Positions 48,332 to 56,798 of a DNA stretch of 64,000 nt are shown here, piece after piece. The DNA is from an uncultured Alphaproteobacteria bacterium. Its GTDB lineage: Bacteria; Pseudomonadota; Alphaproteobacteria; Acetobacterales; Acetobacteraceae. The position numbers and the translations under genes were made by a program. The stretch covers positions 76,323-140,322 of the forward strand of contig CAVQNU010000031.1 in NCBI GenBank assembly GCA_963714255.1, read 5' to 3'. Below the pieces are notes generated by a model that saw nothing but the letters and a program-made list of their open reading frames with translations, did no database searches and had not been told where the DNA came from. How positions within the stretch are numbered: the first letter of the stretch is position 1; each line of letters starts with the position of its first letter.

Positions 48332-50279
48332 TTGCCAATAAACATTCTGCTCGCGCCCCACCCCGCGCAGGTGGCGGATGCGGTCGACCGCGCGCGGGAC
48401 GCCTTGTTGCGCCGGCAGAAGCCGGACGGGCACTGGGTGTTCGAACTCGAAGCCGACGCCACCATCCCGGCCGAATACGTGCTGCTGGAGCATTTCCTCG
48501 ATCGCGTGGACGCCGGGCTGCAGGACAAGATCGCCGTGTATCTGCGCGCCATTCAGGGCGCGCATGGCGGCTGGCCGCTGTTCTACGACGGCGCCTTCGA
48601 TCTTTCGGCCAGCGTGAAAGCCTATTTCGCGCTGAAGATGATCGGCGACGATCCGGACGCGCCGCATATGGCCCGCGCGCGCGCGGCCATCCTGGCCGCC
48701 GGCGGGGCCGAGCGGACCAATGTGTTCACCCGCGCGCAACTGGCGCTGTACGGCGAGGTGCCATGGCACGCGGTGCCGTGCATGCCGGTGGAGCTGGTGC
48801 TGCTGCCGCGCTGGTTCCCGTTCCACCTGAACAAGGTTTCCTACTGGTCGCGCACGGTGATCGTGCCGCTGGTGGTGCTGATGGCGCTGCGCCCGCGCGC
48901 CCGCAACCCGCGCGCCGTGCACATCCAGGAGTTGTTTCGCACCAAGCCCGCGCGGGTCGGCGATTGGATTCGCGGGCCGTACCGTTCGGCCTGGGGGCGG
49001 TTTTTCAAACACCTCAACGGGGTCGTGCGCGCGGTCGAGCCGTTTTTCCCCCCCGCCCTCCGCCGCCGGGCGATCGACTGGTCGGTGCACTTCGTGACCG
49101 AGCGGCTGAACGGCGAGGACGGGCTGGGCGGCATCTACCCGGCGATGGCGAACACGGTGATGATGTTCGACGCGCTGGGCTATGCGCCCGACCATCCGCA
49201 CGCCGCCATCGCCTGGGCCGCCATTCGCAAGCTGCTGGTGATCGAGCAAGACCGGGCCTATTGCCAGCCCTGCCTGTCGCCGGTGTGGGACACCAGCCTG
49301 GCCGGGCACGCCATGGCCGAGTCGGCGGGCGGGGCCACCCAATCGGTCGCCGCCGCCAGCGCCTGGCTGCAAGGCAAGCAGGTGCTCGACGTGGTGGGCG
49401 ACTGGGCGGCCTCGCGTCCGCAGGCGGTGCCGGGGGGCTGGGCGTTCCAGGTACGAGAACGCGCATTACCCGGATGTCGACGACACCGCGGCGGTGGGCC
49501 TGCTGCTGCACCGGCATCTGGCGGAAAAGGGCGACGACCCGGCGTTGGCCGAAGCGGTGCGCCGCGCGCGCGACTGGGTGGTCGGCATGCAGGGGCGCGA
49601 CGGCGGCTGGGGCGCTTTCGACGCCGACAACAATCACGACTACCTCAACCACATCCCGTTCGCCGACCATGGCGCGCTGCTCGACCCCTCGACGGCGGAT
49701 GTCACCGCGCGCTGCGTGGCCTTCCTCGCCCAGGCCGGCATGGCGGCCGACGATCCGGTGATTGCGCGCGCGGTGGCCTGGCTGCGCGCCGCGCAGGAAG
49801 CGGACGGGTCCTGGTTCGGGCGCTGGGGCACCAACTACATCTACGGCACCTGGAGCGTGCTGGGGGCGCTGAACGCCGCCGGGGTGGCGCATGACGATCC
49901 GGCGATGCGGCGCGCCGTCGGGTTCCTGCTGCAAACCCAGCGCGACGACGGCGGCTGGGGCGAGGACAACGAAACCTACGCCACCGCCCCGCGCGGCCGC
50001 TACGACCGCAGCAACCCGAGCCAGACCGCCTGGGCGCTGCTGGCGCTGATGGCGGCGGGCGAGGCGGACCATCCGGCGGTGGCGCACGGCATCGCCTGGC
50101 TGGCGGCGCAGCAGAAGCCGGATGGGGAGTGGGACGAGGCGCCGTATACGGCAGTTGGGTTTCCGCGGGTGTTTTATCTGCGGTACCACGGGTACAGGTT
50201 GTTCTTTCCGCTGCTGGCATTGGCACGGTACCGGACGCTGCGGCGGAGTAATGAGCGGCGGGTGGCTTGGGGGTTTTGA
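48332..50279 (+). pseudogene. shc: Squalene-hopene cyclase, frame broken at 49450-49451
   Basis: QW repeats (DGHWVFE, GGWGAF, DGSWFGRWG, DGGWGE, DGEW). N-terminal frame ends ...GGWAFQ. The expected YENAHYPDVDDTAAV (DxDD catalytic motif) continues in the next frame (ORF 49494-50279). One extra g. Confidence 0.8.
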
Positions 50280-50289
50280 GCGAGCCGTG

Positions 50290-50433
50290 TCGGGGCGTTG
50301 CCCCGAACCCCACCAGGGGGCTTTGCCCCCTGGACCCCCACCAAGGGCTTTGCCCCTGGACCCCTTTCTTAAGTAATGGGGTCAAGGGGGCCACTGCCCC
50401 CTTGCGGGTCCAGGGCAGAGCCCTGGCCTTCCT
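50290..50433. repeat. Palindromic repeat family copy (about 2.5 units)
   Basis: ...ccaccagggggctttgccccctggaccc...cttaagtaatggggtcaagggggccactgcccccttgcgggtccagggcagagccctggccttcc. Ends 3 nt before the hpnG start. Confidence 0.85.
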
Positions 50434-50436
50434 TAA

Positions 50437-51057
50437 TTGACCCTCGGCATCATCACCGGCCTGACCGCCGAGGCGCGGCTGGCGCACCCACTTGGGCTGG
50501 TGCGGGCCGGCGGCGGGCGGTCGGAGGGAGCGGCAGCGGCGGCTGAGTGGCTGATCGGCCAGGGCGTGGATGGTCTGGTCAGTTTCGGGCTGGCCGGCGG
50601 GCTCGACCCGGCACTGCTTGCCGGCGATGTGGTCGTGCCGGCGCGCGTGCGCGAGGGTGAGGCCGTGCACGCCACCGACCCGCACCTGTCGGCCCGGTTC
50701 GGCGCCCCCGGCGGCACGCTGCTCGCGGGCACGGCGGTGGTGACCGCGACGGCGGAAAAGGCCCGCCTGTTTGAACAGACCGGCGCGATCGCGATCGACC
50801 TGGAAAGCGGCGCCGTCGCCCGTGTGGCCGCCCGGCATGGTGTGCCGTTCGCTGCGCTGCGGGCCATCTGCGACCCGGCCGGCCGCAGCCTGCCGCCGGC
50901 CGCTCTGGTCGCCCTGAATGGGAGCGGCGCCATCAGCCTTTTGCGCGTGCTCGGCTCGGTGGCGCGGCGCCCCGGACAGGTGCCCGCCCTGATCGCCCTC
51001 GGCCGCGATGCCGCCACCGCCCGGGCGGCACTAAAAAGATGCGTCCGCCCCGCCTGA
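50437..51057 (+). CDS. hpnG: Hopanoid-associated phosphorylase/nucleosidase HpnG
   Basis: TTG start. PNP/UDP-phosphorylase-like blocks GLAGGLDP and AIDLESGAVA. Cluster context. Confidence 0.7.
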   Translation: MTLGIITGLTAEARLAHPLGLVRAGGGRSEGAAAAAEWLIGQGVDGLVSFGLAGGLDPALLAGDVVVPARVREGEAVHATDPHLSARFGAPGGTLLAGTAVVTATAEKARLFEQTGAIAIDLESGAVARVAARHGVPFAALRAICDPAGRSLPPAALVALNGSGAISLLRVLGSVARRPGQVPALIALGRDAATARAALKRCVRPA

Positions 51058-52212
51058 TCAGTCGGCGACCTCGGCGACCTGCCGATCCGGCCGCGCGGGC
51101 TTGGCGGGCACCAGCCCGGCCATGGCCGCCTGCACGTGCCGGCTGAATACGTCATCGGCCGGGCGCTGGCCCTCCAGCGGGATTTCCGGCGCCATCGGCC
51201 CTTCGGTGCGCGGGCCGCGCAGCGCCAGCATCAACGGCTTCCACGGCTTGCGCACGGCATCGACCACGGCGGTCGCCTCATAGCCGGAATGCACCATGCA
51301 GTCGGCGCATTTCTCGTAGTTGCCGGTGCCGTATTTGTCCCAATCGGTGGTTTGCATCAGCTCGGCGTAGCTGGCCGCATAGCCCTCGCCGAGCAGATAG
51401 CAGGGCCGCTGCCAGCCGAACACGTTGCGCGTCGGCTTGCCCCAGGGCGTGCACTGGTAACGCTGGTTGCCGGCCAGGAAATCCAGGAATAGCGACGATT
51501 GGTTGAACTGCCAGCCACGCCCGCGCCCGGCGCGGAAAATGTCGCGGAACAATTGCTTGGAGGTCTGCCGCTTGAGGAAATGCGTACGGTCCGGCGCGCG
51601 TTCATAAGCATAACCCGGCGAGATCATGACCCCGTCGATGCCAAGCGCGGTCACCTCGTCGAGGAACGCGGCCACCCGCCCGGCCTGCGCGCCATCGAAC
51701 AGGGTGGTATTGATGCACACCCGGAAGCCGCGGGCTTTAGCCGCCACAAGGGCCGACACCGCACGGTCATAGACGCCCTCCTGGCTGACCGCCTGGTCGT
51801 GCATCGCGCGGTCGCCGTCGAGATGCACGTCCCAGGCGAAGTTGCGGTGCGGCCTGTAGAGATCGAGCTTTTTCTCCAGCAGCAGCGCATTGGTGCACAG
51901 ATAGACGAACTTGCCGCGCGCCAGGATCTGTTCGACGATCTCCGGCAGTTCCTTGTGCAGCAGCGGCTCCCCGCCAGCGATGGCCACCACCGGCGCGCCG
52001 CATTCGTCCACCGCATCCAGGCATTCCTGCACCGACAGGCGCTGATTCAGGATCTCGGCCGGGTAATCGATCTTGCCGCAGCCCGCGCAGGCCAGGTTGC
52101 AACGGAACAGCGGCTCCAGCATGAGCACGAGCGGATAGCGCCGGCGGCCGAGCAGGTGCTGCTTCACCACATAGGCGCCCACGCGGAGGATCTGGTTCAC
52201 CGGAACGGCCAC
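51058..52212 (-). CDS. hpnH: Adenosyl-hopene transferase HpnH (radical SAM)
   Basis: GTG at 52212 after AAGGAGAG. CNLACAGC radical-SAM cluster motif. Conserved C-terminal CADCMVHSGYE. Confidence 0.85.
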   Translation of the reverse strand: MAVPVNQILRVGAYVVKQHLLGRRRYPLVLMLEPLFRCNLACAGCGKIDYPAEILNQRLSVQECLDAVDECGAPVVAIAGGEPLLHKELPEIVEQILARGKFVYLCTNALLLEKKLDLYRPHRNFAWDVHLDGDRAMHDQAVSQEGVYDRAVSALVAAKARGFRVCINTTLFDGAQAGRVAAFLDEVTALGIDGVMISPGYAYERAPDRTHFLKRQTSKQLFRDIFRAGRGRGWQFNQSSLFLDFLAGNQRYQCTPWGKPTRNVFGWQRPCYLLGEGYAASYAELMQTTDWDKYGTGNYEKCADCMVHSGYEATAVVDAVRKPWKPLMLALRGPRTEGPMAPEIPLEGQRPADDVFSRHVQAAMAGLVPAKPARPDRQVAEVAD

Positions 52213-52327
52213 GGCACCTCTCCTTTGTGCTCTGCACCATACGAACACGACGTCGCGTTCGCGTCTTGCCCCAGGCGTCGCGGCTGTGTCAATTGTCGCG
52301 TGTGCACAACTTCGGTACATCGGTGGG

Positions 52328-52951
52328 ATGAACAGCGACGCGCCGCGGCGCCGCAGCCCCGTGCAGGAACGCAGCCAGGGAACCGTGCAACGGGTGCTGG
52401 CGGCCGCCTCGTCGCTGCTGGCCGGCGGCGCGCCAGTGGAAGCGCTGACCACCGCGCAGATCGCCGCAGCGGCCGGCCTGTCGGTCGGCGCCCTGTACCG
52501 CTTTTTTCCGGACAAGCAGGCGATCGTCGACGCCATCGCGGTACGTCACATGGATTTGTTCCAGGACCGCCTGACCGGCATCATCATGGCCGCTCTGCCG
52601 GCATCCGCGCCCGCCTTCCTCGGCACGGTGATCGACGCCTTCGTTGCCTATCTCGAGGCGAACCCCGACTTTCGCATCCTCGCCTTCGGGGTCGGCGGCA
52701 GCGGCCGCTACGTCAGCCGCGGCACGCGCGACGACTATGCCGGGGTGCGGGTGGCCGCGACCATCCAGGACTTCGTGGCCGAAGCGTACGGCATCGAAAC
52801 ATCGGACAGCTTCGTTCTGCGTCTGCGCATCGCCACCGAAATTGGCGACCGGTTGCTGGCCTTCGCGTTCGAACAGGCCGACGCGGCCGAACGCGGGCGA
52901 ATTATCGCCGAAGCCAAGTACTTGCTTGGAGATTATTTGTTCGGGCGGTAA
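52328..52951 (+). CDS. TetR family transcriptional regulator
   Basis: HTH LTTAQIAAAAGLSVGALYRFFPDKQAI. ATG at 52328. Confidence 0.8.
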   Translation: MNSDAPRRRSPVQERSQGTVQRVLAAASSLLAGGAPVEALTTAQIAAAAGLSVGALYRFFPDKQAIVDAIAVRHMDLFQDRLTGIIMAALPASAPAFLGTVIDAFVAYLEANPDFRILAFGVGGSGRYVSRGTRDDYAGVRVAATIQDFVAEAYGIETSDSFVLRLRIATEIGDRLLAFAFEQADAAERGRIIAEAKYLLGDYLFGR

Positions 52952-53058
52952 GCTCGTAAGGTCCCGTCTGCCCTCGCCGCCGTGCGCAGACCAGCCCCGA
53001 CGCAACGGCCAATGGCCGTCCGGTATTCACGACACAAGCGGAACCCATTACCTCAGCA

Positions 53059-53106
53059 GAAAAACGCGGCTCCCGGACCACAGGCTCCGGGAAGCCGCAC
53101 TTTTTG
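53059..53106. terminator. Bidirectional rho-independent terminator
   Basis: gaaaaac-gcggctcccgg-accacag-gctccgggaagccgc-actttttg. A-tract and T-tract flank the stem. Lies between the convergent TetR and MarR genes. Confidence 0.7.
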
Positions 53107-53108
53107 CC

Positions 53109-53507
53109 TCAGCCGTTGGCAACCTTGCGCGAGGACGCGCCGGCCTCGCCGCCGCCGGATTTCTTGGCGGCATTGGCAGCTTCGGTCATGATACCGCGCA
53201 GGTCGCGCAGGAAGGCCGTGCCCTTGAGGGTACGCTGCACAAGCACGCTGCGGCGGTCCATCGGGTCCACCTTGCGCCTGGCCAGATCGAGCTCCCCCAG
53301 CCGGTCCAGCGCCCTGGTGATCGCTGGCTTGGAGACGTTGAGGTCCGCGGCCAGACCGCGCACGGTATGGGCCCCGTCCTGCAGGTAGCAGGTCAGGAAA
53401 ACGCCGAGCTGGCGGGCGGACAGGTCCGGCCCGTCACGCCGCACAAGTGCCACCACTGTGTCCCGCAGAATACCGACCAGATGGTCGGTCGATGGCGATG
53501 TTGCCAT
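53109..53507 (-). CDS. MarR family transcriptional regulator
   Basis: ATG at 53507. Winged HTH RGLAADLNVSKPAITRALDRLGELDLARRKVDPMDRRS. Confidence 0.8.
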   Translation of the reverse strand: MATSPSTDHLVGILRDTVVALVRRDGPDLSARQLGVFLTCYLQDGAHTVRGLAADLNVSKPAITRALDRLGELDLARRKVDPMDRRSVLVQRTLKGTAFLRDLRGIMTEAANAAKKSGGGEAGASSRKVANG

Positions 53508-53671
53508 TGTATTGGTCCTTTCACTTTCCCCGGCGGGGTACGCCGCCTTGTTGTTAACCGTCTTGCCGGCCCTGCTATCGCCGTCCGGAACGCCGCACGC
53601 CCGATTCGGGACGCATCCCGTTCCCAGTATCAATGAGGATACGTCCACGGATCATTGTAGGGTAGTCGAGA

Positions 53672-55117
53672 TCACGTTACCGGCATGTTTCGGTCACCTC
53701 TCATTACGATCACTTTATCAATGATCGCTGAAGACACCGAACGTATGGTCTGCGCCTCCCCACCTTTGGGCCGGCCGGGACGCGCCGTGTCGTTCCACGC
53801 GTACATGTCGATATGGACCCAGGCCGTGCCCGGCGCAAGAAACCGGCGCATGAACAGCCCAGCAACGACCGCGCCAGCGAACGGGCGCGACGAGATATTG
53901 CTGAGATCGGCGACCGTGCTGTCGAGCCAGCGATCATACCCATCCCACAACGGCAGCCGCCACATCGGGTCGTGGCAGGCCATCCCTTCGCGCAGAAAAC
54001 GCTCGGCCCAGTCATCGTCGGTGGCGAACAATGCCGGCAGGTCGGGACCCACGGCCACCCGCGCAGCGCCGGTCAGGGTGGCGCAGTCCAGCAACAGGTC
54101 GGGATGTTCGTCAGATGCCTCGGCCAGCAGGTCGCAGAGCACCAGCCGTCCTTCGGCATCGGTATTGCCAATTTCCACCGTCAGACCGCGTCGCGTCCGC
54201 ACCACGTCGAGCGGCCGCATCGCCCGGCCCGACACGCTGTTCTCGACGCAGCCAAGTCGCACCGCGAGGCGAACCGGCAGATCCGCCTCCATCAGAATGC
54301 GGGCAATGCCGAGCACGTTGGCGGCACCGCCCATGTCCTTTTTCATGCGTAACATGCCGGCCGACGGCTTGAGGTCGTAGCCGCCGGAATCGAAGCACAC
54401 CCCTTTGCCGCATAACGACACCAGCGGCGAACGGTCGGTCGCGTCGCTGCCGCGCCAGGTAAAGCCGGCCACCACCGGCGCGCGCTCGGAGCCGCGCCCG
54501 ACCGCGGCGATCGTGGGGTAAGCGGACGCCAGCGCCTCGCCCTCGATGCGGAACGCCGTGGCGCCGTGGCGGGTGCCGAGTGCGACCGCCGCCTCGGCGA
54601 GTTCGGACGGGCCGAGCTGGTTCGCCGGCGCATTCACAAGGTCGCGCACCATCCATGCCGCGGCCGCTTCGGACAAGGCCCGAAGCTGACCCGATACGGC
54701 AAGCGTTGCCGGTTCGTGGCGGACCAGCTTCAGCCGGTCATAACGATAGGCGCCGAGCAGAAAGCCGAGGGTTGCGCCGGCAGGATCGAAGTCGCCCGGC
54801 GCGATCCGCCAGGCCGTGCCCGCCGGCAGCTTGTTCGCCAGGTCGCCAAAAGCGAAGGGCGAGCGGTCGGCACCCAGCCCGAGAACCGCCCCGGCAACGC
54901 CCCCCTCGCCCGGCAACAGCAGCAGTTCCTGCGCGCCGGCCGCGAACCTGGATGTCCGAAGCCAGGCAGCCTGAAACTCCGGCAGCGCAGCAACGAACGC
55001 CTCCAACCCGTCCGGCCGGATGGCGTAGACGGGGCGCGAAGGTGAATCGCCCGCGACAACGGGCAAACTCCGGTCCGGCACGGAGAAGCATCCTTCTGGG
55101 CCTGGGCGTGGCTGCAT
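53672..55117 (-). CDS. M17 leucyl aminopeptidase family protein
   Basis: GKGVCFDSGGYDLK, MKKDMGGAA and NTDAEGRLVLCD metal-site motifs. Start codon not certain. Confidence 0.8.
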   Translation of the reverse strand: MQPRPGPEGCFSVPDRSLPVVAGDSPSRPVYAIRPDGLEAFVAALPEFQAAWLRTSRFAAGAQELLLLPGEGGVAGAVLGLGADRSPFAFGDLANKLPAGTAWRIAPGDFDPAGATLGFLLGAYRYDRLKLVRHEPATLAVSGQLRALSEAAAAWMVRDLVNAPANQLGPSELAEAAVALGTRHGATAFRIEGEALASAYPTIAAVGRGSERAPVVAGFTWRGSDATDRSPLVSLCGKGVCFDSGGYDLKPSAGMLRMKKDMGGAANVLGIARILMEADLPVRLAVRLGCVENSVSGRAMRPLDVVRTRRGLTVEIGNTDAEGRLVLCDLLAEASDEHPDLLLDCATLTGAARVAVGPDLPALFATDDDWAERFLREGMACHDPMWRLPLWDGYDRWLDSTVADLSNISSRPFAGAVVAGLFMRRFLAPGTAWVHIDMYAWNDTARPGRPKGGEAQTIRSVSSAIIDKVIVMRGDRNMPVT

Positions 55118-55227
55118 CGGTCACGCAACGTTGAGCAACACATGGCACCGCCACGTCGTTGCCACAACCCCGAGCCCGGCCCGATGAAGGTAAAATCGGC
55201 GCGGAATCGCCCCCGAAACTGTTGCGA

Positions 55228-55896
55228 TCAGGCGGCTGCAGAGACGGAAACAAAGGCGGCGTGCAAGGCGGTTGCGTGCAAACCGGCGGCTATTAGTACC
55301 ATCGCATGCCAAACAGCCGTGTGGTATTTTAATTCGTGGCGCGTATAAATCAGCGCTCCCAACGAATACACCAGCCCCCCACCCACCAGCAGGGCCAGCA
55401 ACTCGGTCGGCAGCCGCTCGATCAGCGGGCGGATCATAACCAGGATCGCCCAGCCCATGCCGAGATAGAGCGCCAGCGACAACCGCTCGAAACGGCGCGG
55501 AAAGGCCAGCGTCAGCGCGATGCCGATCGCCGCCAGCGCCCATATGACGACGCACAGCCCGACGCCGGCGGGCGCTTCCAGCACGTTCAGCGCGTATGGC
55601 GTATAACTGCCGGCGATCATAACGAAGATCATCGCGTGGTCGGCGCGGCGCAGCAGTTCCTTGGACCGGCCTGGCCGGGACAGATGATAGGCGGCGGACG
55701 CGACCAGCATGCCGATCAGCCCGGCGGCATAGACCGACATCGACGCAATCAGGCGGCCGCTTTCGCTGCGGCAGACCTCCGTCAACAGCCAGGCCGCCAC
55801 AACCACCCCGGCGGGCACGCCTATCAGGTGCACGCCATTGTCAAGCCGCTGCTCGGCACGGCTGTAGGCCGGAAAACAGGACTGTATCAGCGTCAT
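55228..55896 (-). CDS. Hemolysin III / PAQR family channel protein
   Basis: 222 aa, 7 predicted TM. ADHAMIFVMIAGSYTP and HTAVWHAMVL blocks. Confidence 0.75.
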   Translation of the reverse strand: MTLIQSCFPAYSRAEQRLDNGVHLIGVPAGVVVAAWLLTEVCRSESGRLIASMSVYAAGLIGMLVASAAYHLSRPGRSKELLRRADHAMIFVMIAGSYTPYALNVLEAPAGVGLCVVIWALAAIGIALTLAFPRRFERLSLALYLGMGWAILVMIRPLIERLPTELLALLVGGGLVYSLGALIYTRHELKYHTAVWHAMVLIAAGLHATALHAAFVSVSAAA

Positions 55897-56018
55897 GAGG
55901 CAGCACCCGGCAATTCGGCCGCAGGCATCGAGCGCAGCGGGTCACCCATCCTTGCAGGAACGCCGCGGAGCAGCGAGCGGCGGAGGGCTATCTGCCGCGA
56001 ACGTATCCGTCCGCTTTT

Positions 56019-56262
56019 CTACCGGCGTGCCTTGGCGACGGCCGCAGGAGGCGGCGACCAGGGACTGACCCCGGCCGCAAGCTGGCTTTCCCGGATGATC
56101 CGTTCGTGGCCATCGCTCACGTTCTTGACCCGGGTACTGGAACCCGGCGGCCTCCAAGGGCAATTGGCGGACGATACGGTAAGTGCCGCGCGGTACGTTG
56201 AAATCCATGGCACTCGGCAAAAAGCTGACTTCCTGACCAACCGTGAATTTGTGGCGGGGCAT
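56019..56262 (-). pseudogene. Small conserved hypothetical protein, frame broken at about 56130
   Basis: MPRHKFTVGQEVSFLPSAMDFNVPRGTYRIVRQLPLEAAGFQY continues as RVKNVSDGHERIIRESQLAAG only in the other frame (ORF 56019-56240). Extra c in the ccc run at 56129-56131. Confidence 0.55.
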
Positions 56263-56310
56263 AGGTTTCTCCGGCAGGAGCCGGCGCCGCCGGCTGGCGG
56301 CGCCGTCGTT

Positions 56311-56340
56311 CTGCGCCGGCCAAAAACCTGGCCGGCGCAG
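56311..56340 (-). terminator. 12-bp GC hairpin downstream of cspA
   Basis: ctgcgccggcca-aaaacc-tggccggcgcag, 12 nt after the cspA stop. Confidence 0.5.
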
Positions 56341-56351
56341 ATTACGCGGGT

Positions 56352-56558
56352 TTAGCCGGCCTGCAAATTCTCGGCCGACAACTTACCCTGCTGCCCGCGC
56401 TGCAGCTCGTACTTCACCTTCTGGCCCTCATTCAGACGGCCGAGGCCAGCCTTCTCGACCGCGGAGATGTGCACAAACACATCCTTCGAGCCGTCGTCGG
56501 GCTGGATGAAGCCGTAGCCCTTCTGCGCGTTGAACCACTTCACAGTGCCTGAAGCCAT
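56352..56558 (-). CDS. cspA: Cold-shock protein (CspA family)
   Basis: 68 aa. RNP motifs KGYGFI and VFVHIS. Confidence 0.95.
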   Translation of the reverse strand: MASGTVKWFNAQKGYGFIQPDDGSKDVFVHISAVEKAGLGRLNEGQKVKYELQRGQQGKLSAENLQAG

Positions 56559-56740
56559 TCGTCTCACTCCGATGACCGGCGGCCCGCACGATGCAGGCCG
56601 GATTACTTCTCGTTGGGGAGCGTCGAATGCGACAGCGCGCAAGGCACGAGCAGCCCGATGGAAAAGCGCCGTCGAAGGTGTATGGTCCCTTTTCGGGCGA
56701 TTTGCGAGGGCCGAGGCGGGCAATTCTTCGTCAGTGGCCG

Positions 56741-56787
56741 GAAGGTAAGCAAGGCCAGGGGCTCTGCCCCTGGCCTTGCTTACCTTC
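56741..56787. terminator. 22-bp perfect hairpin built from the repeat core, downstream of pepN
   Basis: gaaggtaagcaaggccaggggc-tct-gcccctggccttgcttaccttc, 12 nt after the pepN stop. Confidence 0.55.
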
Positions 56788-56798
56788 CAGCCTCCGCA

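Noticed and set aside
49450-49451. Programmed ribosomal frameshifting as the explanation for the shc, hpnB, MCP and small-ORF breaks
   Set aside because: There is no slippery heptamer or homopolymer run at most sites, and these gene families are not known to use recoding. Indel error or mutation is more plausible. Only the IS630 A8 site fits a recoding model.
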